The notes beneath the pieces were generated by a model that ran no database searches, had not been told where the DNA came from, and saw nothing but the letters and a program-made list of their open reading frames with translations. A stretch of DNA of 64,000 nt. Origin: a virus. The position numbers and the translations under genes were made by a program. The DNA is taken from IMG/VR virus record IMGVR_UViG_3300009285_003221; one strand, written 5' to 3'. This document shows positions 1 to 8,326 of this stretch, piece after piece; positions within the stretch are counted from its first letter, which is position 1, and every line of letters starts with the position of its first letter.

Positions 1-1373
1 GCTCCGGCTGCTGTTTCGACTGTTATTGCGCCGGATACGCCAGAAGTAGCTCCACCAAGACCAGTAGTAAGGGTAACCGCGCCACCAGTACCAGTAGCAC
101 CAGCCGCACCGCCAATTAGACTTGCAGCACCACCAGCGCCCGTACCGGCACCAGCACCGCCCGTCGAGGAGACTGCACCGCCAGCGTCATTGGTAGCGCC
201 GGATGCGCCTCCAACCAGTGCGACGGCACCGCCGACACCTGTAGCCCCGGCACCAGAAGCACCGCCTGTAAAGGTCAGAGCGCCACCGGCACCCGTTCCA
301 ACGCCAGCACCACCTACGAAGGTACCGGCACCACCCGCGACGTTTCCTCCCGTACCAGCAGCACCAGCCGTAATAGCAATCGTACCGGCAGCACCAGAGG
401 CCACAGATCCGTTACCACCAGCACCGGCTGTAATATTTACAGTCGCACCGGCGCCGCCTGTGCCTGTAGTAGCTGCTCCACCGGCTCCGCCCGAGAGAGT
501 AACCGCACCAGCCGCTCCCGCTGTACCAGAGCCAACCGTGGCGCCACCAGCACCCGAGCCATAAGAGGCCGTACCGGAAGCACCACCTGTACCAGCTCCA
601 GTAGCAGCACCGCCAGCACTTGTCCGAACGCTGAGATTACCGGAAACTCCCCCCGTCCCAGTTGCTGACGTACCGCCAACACCAGAACTAATGGTTACTG
701 CACCAGAAGCACCGCCCGTACCGGAAGTAGTGACGGCGCCACCAGCTTGTGACCGAAGAATAATTGCGCCTGAAGCACCACCTGTACCAGCAGCACCAGA
801 AGCACCACCAAGACCAGATTGTAGTGTAAGGGCACCAGAGGCACCACCAGTACCAGTCGTAGTTCCTGTACCGCCGTTGTTAGATTCAATTGTAAGGGCA
901 CCAGAAGCGCCGCCGGTAGAGCCGCCAGCAGCGGCGGAGGTCGCGCCAGCAGCCGTGTTAATTGAGAGCGTACCAGAAGCGGAACCAGAGAGGGCCGTAG
1001 GAGCCCCCGTCGCGAGAGTAACAGCGCCGGAAACACCAGAGGTAGTACCGCCAGCACCGGATCTCAAAGTTAAAGCGCCGCCAGTACCAGTTGTACCGCC
1101 GACGCCACCAGTCATAACGACAGCACCGCCTGCCCCGGAAGTCGCTCCGGCACCGGCAGTCAGATTTAAAGCTCCGCCCGCTGTCGCGGCGGTCGTCGTC
1201 GTAGCGACGGAAATAGTTAAAGCCCGTTCTTTGCGTCCAGTGATTACGCCCGCAGAAGCAGTGCCAGGAGATCCTGTACTGTTAGGATTTCCGTCGCCGA
1301 TGTTGATAAGACCGGCTCCGCCTAAATCGTACGACCATTTGCCCCCTTTTAAGAGGTCATTGGTTTGGGTCAT
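1..1373 (-). CDS. Gly/Ala/Thr-rich repeat protein, first 457 codons (gene continues beyond window start); putative fibre-like/beta-solenoid structural protein
   Basis: Absent from ORF track because it runs off the edge. Checked triplet by triplet: minus frame (plus triplets 3-5 ... 1371-1373) has no in-frame TTA/CTA/TCA. ATG at 1373-1371 is preceded by in-frame TAA (1382-1380) and AAGGA. Product MTQTNDLLKGGKWSYDLGG..., then 16-22-aa quasi-repeats such as TGGASGALTLQSGLGGASGAAG. Co-oriented with neighbours. Confidence 0.75.
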   Translation of the reverse strand, partial: MTQTNDLLKGGKWSYDLGGAGLINIGDGNPNSTGSPGTASAGVITGRKERALTISVATTTTAATAGGALNLTAGAGATSGAGGAVVMTGGVGGTTGTGGALTLRSGAGGTTSGVSGAVTLATGAPTALSGSASGTLSINTAAGATSAAAGGSTGGASGALTIESNNGGTGTTTGTGGASGALTLQSGLGGASGAAGTGGASGAIILRSQAGGAVTTSGTGGASGAVTISSGVGGTSATGTGGVSGNLSVRTSAGGAATGAGTGGASGTASYGSGAGGATVGSGTAGAAGAVTLSGGAGGAATTGTGGAGATVNITAGAGGNGSVASGAAGTIAITAGAAGTGGNVAGGAGTFVGGAGVGTGAGGALTFTGGASGAGATGVGGAVALVGGASGATNDAGGAVSSTGGAGAGTGAGGAASLIGGAAGATGTGGAVTLTTGLGGATSGVSGAITVETAAG

Positions 1374-1405
1374 TTTAGATTAATTCCTTTTAGCTAAATG
1401 GAAAC

Positions 1406-1430
1406 AAGTTCTTATGCGCTTAAAGAACTT
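1406..1430 (-). terminator. weak intrinsic-terminator-like hairpin between glycosyltransferase and Gly-rich genes
   Basis: 8-bp stem AAGTTCTT/AAGAACTT (1406-1413 / 1423-1430) with 9-nt loop. On the minus strand it is followed by GTTTCCATTT. Confidence 0.3.
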
Positions 1431-1480
1431 CGGGACAGAGTTATCCCTACTCTTATTTTAATTGGGGGAATCAACAAGAA

Positions 1481-3916
1481 TTAAACAGGTTGAAGAAGTT
1501 GAGCCTTTAGTTTTTCGGCCCTGGTTTTAATCTCTTCAAGACTTCCGTAGACGATCGGAGTATTTCCGTATTTAACGGCTTTCTGCCAACTGTCTTTTGC
1601 TCCACCATCGTTCATTTTTAATTGAGATTCAGCATAGCCGATCCAAAATCCTGGGTGAGTTGGATTAGGATAGGTCAGAAGAAACATCTTTGCCTCATGA
1701 TAAGCAAGATTATGATTCTCATGGCGCGCTCCCAAGTTGACCAAATCTGAAGCAATCTGTTCCAGAAGGGCGGGTGGAGAGTTCATGAGTCGGCAGAGAT
1801 GGAGGCCGATGCGAAGCTGATCGACCGCCTCAAAGATATTGCCAACGCCCTCTAGTTCTTGAGCTACGGACATTCTAGGTAATGGATCTAGCAGATTATC
1901 GAAGATTCGTTTTTGGAGAAGATCTAGATTCCGTTTGTTCTTCTGTCTAGAAATGACCATATCGGCATGATAGCCCTTATGGTAAATTACAAAGGCCGTC
2001 AGGGGGAGGTCCGTTACTTCGTTAAGTTGGTCTACTGGCTGTTCATGTATGACATTTTTATAGCGGATCAGATCACTGTTAGGAAAGAGCCTGGCTGTGA
2101 GATGCTCCGTAGTTTTATTAACTAGTTCATTGACTACGGTGGCGCTATAGATAAATTTTCGTTCTGATTTTATCGCCTCTTTAATGATTGTGTGACTGCC
2201 CCGATCAAGGGTTTCATCGGCGTCTAGGACTAAGATCCACTGGTGGTGGGCTTGTTCGAGGGCGTAGTTTCTAGCGGCAGAGAAATCGTTGATCCAAGCG
2301 AAGTTAAAGACTTTAGCCCCGTTTCGTTTTGCAATTTTAACTGTAGAATCTGTTGAGCCCGTATCCACAATAATAATTTCATTTACCAGGCCCCTTGCGG
2401 AGTCCAGACAGTCCTGTAAATATTTCTCCTCGTTCTTGACAATCATGCAGAGAGAAAGCCCCGGCAAGGGATCAAATCGTTTTAATTTTGGATTTTTATC
2501 CTTAATGCTGTCATATTGGGCTTGTATACCATACTTAGCGTCCGGGTCTAAGGTTTTGTAGCGCCAGTATTTCTCGTCCCGATCTGCAACCTTGGCCCAC
2601 CCGTAATGCTTGAGCCGGATTGAACTGAGTCGCGTAGGGAGAGAATTAACCGCCAGAGGAAGCCTGCCGCAGTGAAGGTTCTGATCGGCAAATGCCGGGT
2701 CTTTGACGGCGCTGGCCCGGACTAAAAAGGGCCGGAAATGTTTGTGGGCTTCCCAGTAGGGGTCTTCCCGGTAGTGGATTTTGTCCCACATATCGTAGAG
2801 GCGGAAGGCAACGGCATCATAGTTGGTCTCTTTTACCAGTTCCCGGATCTCGGTGATGATCCGGCCCTCCAAAATCTCGTCGGCATCGAGGACCAGAATC
2901 CAATCAGCATCACTTTGTTGAGCCAAGTTCCACTGTCGTTTCCGAAGTTCGCTCTCTCTTGAAAAAGAGGATTGTGCAGAAAGATGAATAGTGCGGGGAT
3001 ATCCTGCCAAGGTGCTCCTGCATAGCTCAACGGTCCTATCGGTTGAGCCGTCATCCAGGACCATGATCTCATCGACGTACTGTTTGGCATGTTCTAACAC
3101 TTCCTTTAGATAACGATCAGCTTCATTTCGGACGAGGATACTGAGGAGGATCTTCTGGGGTAGGTCGCTCAATCGGTAAATATGCTTCTGTTGGAGTGTA
3201 GTATCGGCATATAATTTGAACCCCATTTGTCGGGCAGAATGGCAAAAGTGGCGGTCTTCCCCCCAGAGATCCAAATTGGAGACTTGATTGAAGGTCACCC
3301 CGGCCTCCAGAACTGATCTCGATATAAGTGTACATGCGCCCAGCCCTCCTACTTCATAGATTCCGGGAATTTTTAGTTTTTCGATAAACTCCGGCGAGAG
3401 GTTGTATTGTCCCGATTCCCAGACTTGGGGTAGTTCTGACAGGTGAGGTTCCCACTTCGTCCAGAATGTCGAAGAATAAATTCTGACCCCCTCATTTCCA
3501 GGATCTTCCTGCTGTTGGACGAGGTGATGTAGAGTCCGGGGATCAAGTATGATGTCAGAATCAACGAGAAACAAGTAGTCAAAGGTTCCATTCAGCGCCT
3601 CCTGAATCAGTATATTCTTATGACTGGCGACTCGCCAAACTAGGGAGTCTTTTCCAGCCCAGTGGTGGGTCTGCTCATCACAAATATACGTCTCTTTTAG
3701 ACCATTAGCAGGGGTAATAATGTGAACGGGATCGAGGGGTAGCTTTTCTAATGTATCCGTCAGTTCTGTATTTTCACAGTCATCGACAAAACAGAAAGAG
3801 ATCTCTAACCCGGTCGTATCCAGGTTCTGAAGTCCCTTAATAAATTCAGTTAATATCCGAGGATGTTGCCGAATCGGGCTGCCAATTAAGATTTTTGCAG
3901 GAGAAGTCTGTAACAA
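1481..3916 (-). CDS. multidomain glycosyltransferase (three GT-like modules, two clear GT2 DxD-type, plus helical/TPR-like C-terminus)
   Basis: 811 aa. GT2 signatures ILVRNEADRYL...VLDDGSTDRT...LVLDADE and LCMIVKNEEKYL...IVDTGSTDST...LVLDADE. N-terminal KILIGSPIRQ...CFVDDCEN module. TTG start overlaps the upstream gene by 31 nt. Confidence 0.85.
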   Translation of the reverse strand: MLQTSPAKILIGSPIRQHPRILTEFIKGLQNLDTTGLEISFCFVDDCENTELTDTLEKLPLDPVHIITPANGLKETYICDEQTHHWAGKDSLVWRVASHKNILIQEALNGTFDYLFLVDSDIILDPRTLHHLVQQQEDPGNEGVRIYSSTFWTKWEPHLSELPQVWESGQYNLSPEFIEKLKIPGIYEVGGLGACTLISRSVLEAGVTFNQVSNLDLWGEDRHFCHSARQMGFKLYADTTLQQKHIYRLSDLPQKILLSILVRNEADRYLKEVLEHAKQYVDEIMVLDDGSTDRTVELCRSTLAGYPRTIHLSAQSSFSRESELRKRQWNLAQQSDADWILVLDADEILEGRIITEIRELVKETNYDAVAFRLYDMWDKIHYREDPYWEAHKHFRPFLVRASAVKDPAFADQNLHCGRLPLAVNSLPTRLSSIRLKHYGWAKVADRDEKYWRYKTLDPDAKYGIQAQYDSIKDKNPKLKRFDPLPGLSLCMIVKNEEKYLQDCLDSARGLVNEIIIVDTGSTDSTVKIAKRNGAKVFNFAWINDFSAARNYALEQAHHQWILVLDADETLDRGSHTIIKEAIKSERKFIYSATVVNELVNKTTEHLTARLFPNSDLIRYKNVIHEQPVDQLNEVTDLPLTAFVIYHKGYHADMVISRQKNKRNLDLLQKRIFDNLLDPLPRMSVAQELEGVGNIFEAVDQLRIGLHLCRLMNSPPALLEQIASDLVNLGARHENHNLAYHEAKMFLLTYPNPTHPGFWIGYAESQLKMNDGGAKDSWQKAVKYGNTPIVYGSLEEIKTRAEKLKAQLLQPV

Positions 3917-4479
3917 TATAGTCCATATTCCTCTGAATAAATGGTGTAAGAAGGATCGGGGGCTTGAGGGTAGGCGGGACCGGGCAGGGAGAAGCCAATC
4001 TGTAAAGCGTGTGTGATTAATTTAACTGGGGTAACTAAGGGAATATCGCAAGTAATGACGGCCAAGCCGCTTGGTTTCAAGACTCGATAAAACTCCATCA
4101 AGGTGTCAATTCGTTCGATGGGATTAAGGTGCTCCAGGACGGAGATGCAGAAGACCCGATCATAGGTGCCTTCTTGACTTGGGGTGTCGGTAAGGTCGGT
4201 GTGGTAGAGGGTGAGATTGGAATAGTTATGAGCTACGTCCTTAATTTTGGGATCGTGGTCTGTGGCGTCAACGAATTGGCAGTTTTCGGCCAGATAGTAT
4301 TTGAAGGGGTGTTCGATCCCACAGGCAGCGTCTAAGACAGTAAGATCTTTCCCCATAAAATTAGCGGCCCAGGCGTATTCGTAAGGTCTGGACCACCATG
4401 TTTCAGGGAGCTTTGTGATAAAGGTATTTTTATGTTCATCTGATTTCAATATATACCGAGAAGTATAGTGCTTGTCCAT
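3886..4479 (-). CDS. class I SAM-dependent methyltransferase
   Basis: 197 aa. Motif I VLDAACGIEH and post-I/II region DRVFCISVLEHL...LKPSG, typical of Methyltransf_11-like enzymes. Confidence 0.8.
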   Translation of the reverse strand: MDKHYTSRYILKSDEHKNTFITKLPETWWSRPYEYAWAANFMGKDLTVLDAACGIEHPFKYYLAENCQFVDATDHDPKIKDVAHNYSNLTLYHTDLTDTPSQEGTYDRVFCISVLEHLNPIERIDTLMEFYRVLKPSGLAVITCDIPLVTPVKLITHALQIGFSLPGPAYPQAPDPSYTIYSEEYGLYCYRLLLQKS

Positions 4480-4486
4480 GTTCTCC

Positions 4487-4495
4487 AGTATACCA
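4487..4495 (-). promoter_or_regulatory. extended -10-like element TGGTATACT, 7 nt upstream of the methyltransferase ATG
   Basis: Minus strand reads GTGGTATACTGGAGAACATG. The same TGGTATA(C/A)T motif recurs at 28815-28823 (-) and 34956-34964 (+). Confidence 0.35.
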
Positions 4496-4501
4496 CAAGG
4501 G

Positions 4502-4882
4502 CTATATCAGGGCAAGTTTTGCGGCCTCAATAAAATCTCGGAACTCTTGAAATTGATAGCTATAATCTCTTGTCCAGTCGTTGGTGTTAAAAAACTCAGA
4601 TAATTCTAATTTTGTACCCCACTTGGTATTTTCTTTAAGGGTAGTTCTTAGAGTACCAAGCGCTGGGTAGTCTTTGCAGCGAACAAGAGGAATCTCACAA
4701 AATCTAGTGTCCCACCCGTAAATTAGATAGCCATATAAATCCACATCTTGATAGAGTACCCATCCGTTATTGGGATTAGTTATATTTATTGCCTTGACTA
4801 AGACTGTTCCAATAGAATCGATCATTGGGCTATGATCGATTGTTTCTGGTTTCTGGGGATAAATTTCTTCAATGGGCCTCAT
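4502..4882 (-). CDS. hypothetical protein (126 aa)
   Basis: Co-oriented ORF filling the gap between fibre paralogues and the methyltransferase. No motif recognised. Confidence 0.6.
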   Translation of the reverse strand: MRPIEEIYPQKPETIDHSPMIDSIGTVLVKAINITNPNNGWVLYQDVDLYGYLIYGWDTRFCEIPLVRCKDYPALGTLRTTLKENTKWGTKLELSEFFNTNDWTRDYSYQFQEFRDFIEAAKLALI

Positions 4883-4894
4883 GCATTTTCTCCT

Positions 4895-5566
4895 TTAAGA
4901 CACATAACAGTAGTGGAAAGAGGTCGTGGCCGAACTAATGGCGGCGGCGGGATCTGGGGCGGCTCCAGTTAGGCCGGTAGTAGAATTACCGTTTAATTTA
5001 GGATCAAGATTGTTTAAATTCGAGTTGGTAGATGACAGTCTCATTATAGTTGGCATAGTCGAGGCCACAATTAAAATACCTATGTAGTAGAGTCCGGCTG
5101 AAGTGGTAGTATAAGTAGAGGTCAGGTTAAGAGTTTTTACTGTTCCGGCAGCCCAAGCTATTGAGGTGTCGTCATCTGTTTGCATTAATAAATCTAATGC
5201 AGAATTATATAAAGCGAACCACTGGTTTGATCCTGAAGCTAGGGCGGTCAGGCCCGAAACAAACGAGATACTGGTGATTGTTAAATCTTTGGGAAGATAT
5301 ATAGCTTGAAGCCTAAGTGTCCCGGATGTGAAGGCCCCATGGTCCCCCTTGTGGAAAGCTCTAGGAAAGGATTCTGCCAAAGCTCCAGTGGGGGCAGCGG
5401 CTCGATACCAGGGCGTATTCCAAGCGATTCCGGTTGAGGTGGTGGAATCTGGTAGGAGAATGTTTCCCGCCGTGGTCGTTACTGCAAGACGAGACGCTGC
5501 ATCTGCCCCCGTGGCAACTGCTAAATCCCCTTTAGCATCCCAAATCGTATCAGTTGAAATAGCCAT
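4895..5566 (-). CDS. tail fibre tip / receptor-binding-like protein, paralogue 3 of 3
   Basis: 223 aa. N-terminus MAISTDTIWDAKGDLAVATGADAASRL resembles the conserved N-terminal anchor motif of many phage fibre proteins. AGGAG lies 7 nt before the ATG. Shares blocks with 5576..6247 and 6257..7018. Confidence 0.7.
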   Translation of the reverse strand: MAISTDTIWDAKGDLAVATGADAASRLAVTTTAGNILLPDSTTSTGIAWNTPWYRAAAPTGALAESFPRAFHKGDHGAFTSGTLRLQAIYLPKDLTITSISFVSGLTALASGSNQWFALYNSALDLLMQTDDDTSIAWAAGTVKTLNLTSTYTTTSAGLYYIGILIVASTMPTIMRLSSTNSNLNNLDPKLNGNSTTGLTGAAPDPAAAISSATTSFHYCYVS

Positions 5567-5575
5567 TTCTAACTC

Positions 5576-6247
5576 CTAACTACAGTAGGCATACAGACTA
5601 TAGGAAGTGACAGTAAGAGCACCCGCCGGGTCTGGAGCGGCTCCAGTTAGGCCGGTAGTAGAATTTCCTCTAATAACGGGGGCGATATTTGCTGCTACGT
5701 TATCATCATTTTCAGTCCACCCTGTTAAGGTGGGAGTTGTTGTGGCATTTACCATTACTCCTACATAAAAAAGTCCGGAGGCTGTTGTGGTATAAGTAGA
5801 GGTCAGGTTAAGAGTTTTTACTGTATTAGCAGCCCAAGCTATTGAGGTGTCGTCATTTGTTTGCATTAATAAATCTAATGCAGAATTATATAAAGCGAAC
5901 CATTGGTTTGATCCTGAAGCTAATGCGGTTGCACCGGAACGTATACTAATGCTAGTAAGTGTTATATTTTGTGGTAAGTATATTGCCTGCAACATTAGTC
6001 TTCCCGAAGACAGTGTTACAGAATTTCCTGACCCCATCCATCGAGGGTATGTCTCGGCCAGAGCCCCTGTTGGTGCAAGCGCCCCTTCCCAGGGGCTGGC
6101 CCACGCAACTCCTGTAGAAGTAGCAGAGTCTTTCACCAATACTTGACCAGCCGTGGTCGTTACTGCAAGACGAGACGCTGCATCTGCCCCCGTGGCAACT
6201 GCTAAATCCCCTTTAGCATCCCAAATCGTATCAGTTGAAATAGCCAT
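5576..6247 (-). CDS. tail fibre tip / receptor-binding-like protein, paralogue 2 of 3
   Basis: 223 aa. Its first ~98 nt are identical to paralogue 3 (6150-6247 = 5469-5566), and the upstream junction sequence is also identical. Confidence 0.7.
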   Translation of the reverse strand: MAISTDTIWDAKGDLAVATGADAASRLAVTTTAGQVLVKDSATSTGVAWASPWEGALAPTGALAETYPRWMGSGNSVTLSSGRLMLQAIYLPQNITLTSISIRSGATALASGSNQWFALYNSALDLLMQTNDDTSIAWAANTVKTLNLTSTYTTTASGLFYVGVMVNATTTPTLTGWTENDDNVAANIAPVIRGNSTTGLTGAAPDPAGALTVTSYSLYAYCS

Positions 6248-6256
6248 TTCTAACTC

Positions 6257-7018
6257 CTAACTACAGTAGGCATAGAAATAATCTCTCGTCGCACTAATGG
6301 CGTTCGCAGGGTCTGGAGCAGCTCCAGTTAGGCCGGAAGTAGACGACCCGCTTAGGATGGGGGATGTTTTAGCGGATAGGAAGCTAGTTATGCTCCCTGC
6401 TGTATGACAAGCAAAGCCGTTGGAGGTGGTGGCTTTTACCATGGCCCCAAGATAATAGAGTCCGGCTGAAGTGGTTGTATATGGAGAGGCTAGATTTAAT
6501 GTCTTCGCAGTCCAGGCCCCCCAAGCTATAACTCCATCATCGTCTGTTTGTCCCAAAAGATCTAATGCAGAATTATATAAAGCAAACCACTGGTTCACAG
6601 GAGATGTTGCAGCGGTGCTGTCACTTACGAATGTGATGCTAGTTATTGTTACGTTATTCGGAAGATATATTCCGGCCAATAAAAGAGTTCCTGACCCTTC
6701 GTTAGCGCTTGGTTCCAGATCTACAACATGGCGTGGGATTGTTTCGGAAATCGCTCCTGTAGCTACTGTGAATAATTGATACGGGGAGACCCAGGCCAAG
6801 CCTGTCGATGTGGTTGAATCCTTGGCTAATTGAAATTGTGCATTTGTTGAGGCGGCAAGCCTTGCGCTAGCGTCTGCCCCCGTGGCAACTGCTAAATCCC
6901 CTTTAGCATCCCAGATTGTATCATTAATCATGGTAGTTTCGGCGGCAGTTGTGGGCTTGTTAAACCCACCCCGTTTATTTAGGCGGGCAAAGGTAGCGGG
7001 CTGAACAAAAGGCGACAT
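6257..7018 (-). CDS. tail fibre tip / receptor-binding-like protein, paralogue 1 of 3 (start uncertain)
   Basis: 253 aa. Conserved motif begins at M30 (MINDTIWDAKGDLAVATGADA). The alternative start at 6931 would give a paralogue-like length. Neither start has a clear SD. Confidence 0.65.
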   Translation of the reverse strand: MSPFVQPATFARLNKRGGFNKPTTAAETTMINDTIWDAKGDLAVATGADASARLAASTNAQFQLAKDSTTSTGLAWVSPYQLFTVATGAISETIPRHVVDLEPSANEGSGTLLLAGIYLPNNVTITSITFVSDSTAATSPVNQWFALYNSALDLLGQTDDDGVIAWGAWTAKTLNLASPYTTTSAGLYYLGAMVKATTSNGFACHTAGSITSFLSAKTSPILSGSSTSGLTGAAPDPANAISATRDYFYAYCS

Positions 7019-7029
7019 TTAATCAGTCT

Positions 7030-8262
7030 TTAAATCTTAGTTACGAATATATTATTACCTGATCCACTAGCGGCGATACAATTAATGGCTGCTGTGCTTA
7101 GATTTCCAAATTTATTACTCATCTCATAATTTTCATTAGTTAATAATCTTACACCAGATGTAGACACAGCAGTTTGCCCAGCATGTATATACACAGTAAC
7201 AGCAGAGGTATTTTGGAATAGGGCGTATTTTCGGGTAGCATCAGAAGCTAGTAATTCAGTAGAAGCTGTATTGACCGAGACTGAGGAATGAGCCATTGTC
7301 CCAGATCCAGTCCCATCTGTGACTAAATTAACTGATACGGATGCAGTGGGCCAGTCTGTTACTTTAACACTAGCAGATGCAGATGGGTAAGTTACTGTAA
7401 CTCCGGCAACCGGCATCTCCGTAACCTTCACCGATGCTGACGCACTCGGATAGGTAACAGTCACGCCTGCCACTGGCATCTCAGTTACTTTAACACTTCC
7501 GCTTGCCGCCGGGAAAGCAACAGTTACTGAACTATTAACAGTTACTGTGGCCGAAGCGGCAGGCCAATCAGTAATTTTAACAGACCCAGACGCGGATGGG
7601 AATGTGATAGTTGGAGAGTTATTTACTGTAACAGTTGCCGAAGTTGCTGGGAACGCCACGGTAACACTGCTATCTACTGTAACGGTAGCTGAAGTGGCTG
7701 GAAAAGAGGTAATTTGGACGGAGGCGCTGCCGCTTGGGTAGGTAATAGTGGGAGAGTTGTTGACTATAACTGTGGCGCTAGAACTAGGAAAGCTTCCAAT
7801 CGTTACGGAATTATTCAGTGTGACGGTGGCTGAAGTAGCTGGAAAACTCGTTATTTGAACACTGGCGGAGGCTTCTGGGAAAGTAATTGTTGGAGAGTTA
7901 TTTACTGTAACGGTAGCTGAAGTAGCAGGGAAGCTTCCAATTGTTACACTGTTATTAAGGGTGACTGTGGCGGAAGTAGCTGGAAAACTTCCAATTGTTA
8001 CGCTATTATTAACCGTAACCGTAGCGGAACTGCTAGGAAAAGCCCCAATAGTTACTGAGTTATTGACTGTGACAGTGGCTGAACCAGACGGAAAAGTGAC
8101 AGTGGGGCTATTAACAACAGTAATATTGGAGGAGCCGTAACTATCTCCTGTAGCAGCATGTGTCCCGGAGATCGTCATCTGTTGGGAGACGCGCTGCCCT
8201 GTAGAGGTTATACCGCCATTTGTAATGGTCGGCTTAGATTTTTTAGAAATTCCGTCAGCCAC
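7030..8262 (-). CDS. Ser/Thr-rich tandem-repeat structural protein (putative fibre/appendage), paralogue B
   Basis: 410 aa, GTG start after AAGGA. About 17 units beginning (F/Y/W)P-x-x-S-(A/G)-(T/S)-V. N- and C-terminal domains are shared with 10389..11624. Confidence 0.7.
   Translation of the reverse strand: MADGISKKSKPTITNGGITSTGQRVSQQMTISGTHAATGDSYGSSNITVVNSPTVTFPSGSATVTVNNSVTIGAFPSSSATVTVNNSVTIGSFPATSATVTLNNSVTIGSFPATSATVTVNNSPTITFPEASASVQITSFPATSATVTLNNSVTIGSFPSSSATVIVNNSPTITYPSGSASVQITSFPATSATVTVDSSVTVAFPATSATVTVNNSPTITFPSASGSVKITDWPAASATVTVNSSVTVAFPAASGSVKVTEMPVAGVTVTYPSASASVKVTEMPVAGVTVTYPSASASVKVTDWPTASVSVNLVTDGTGSGTMAHSSVSVNTASTELLASDATRKYALFQNTSAVTVYIHAGQTAVSTSGVRLLTNENYEMSNKFGNLSTAAINCIAASGSGNNIFVTKI
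7318..8094 (-). repeat. in-frame coding tandem repeats (12- and 17/18-aa units, FPATSATVTVNNSVTIGS / FPEASASVQITS)
   Basis: Repeat units read directly from the translation, aa 57-315 of the 410-aa ORF. Confidence 0.85.
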
Positions 8263-8326
8263 GGTCTATTTATCCTTTTATAGGTATGAGGGATCTATTC
8301 TTATTATATAATTTTACCGATCAAGT

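Noticed and set aside
190-1383. Track ORFs 190..564 (+) and 691..1383 (+) encoding Pro/Ala/Val-rich polypeptides, plus minus ORFs 437..682 and 695..1057
   Set aside because: They are alternative-frame or antisense readings of the GGN/GCN-rich repeat gene. They are interrupted, whereas one minus frame is open across all 1373 nt with a proper start and matches neighbour orientation.
4895-7018. Diversity-generating retroelement acting on the variable blocks of the fibre paralogues
   Set aside because: No reverse transcriptase (no YxDD-type motif in any ORF) and no template-repeat copy is visible in the window. The differences are not restricted to adenine positions as far as I could see.
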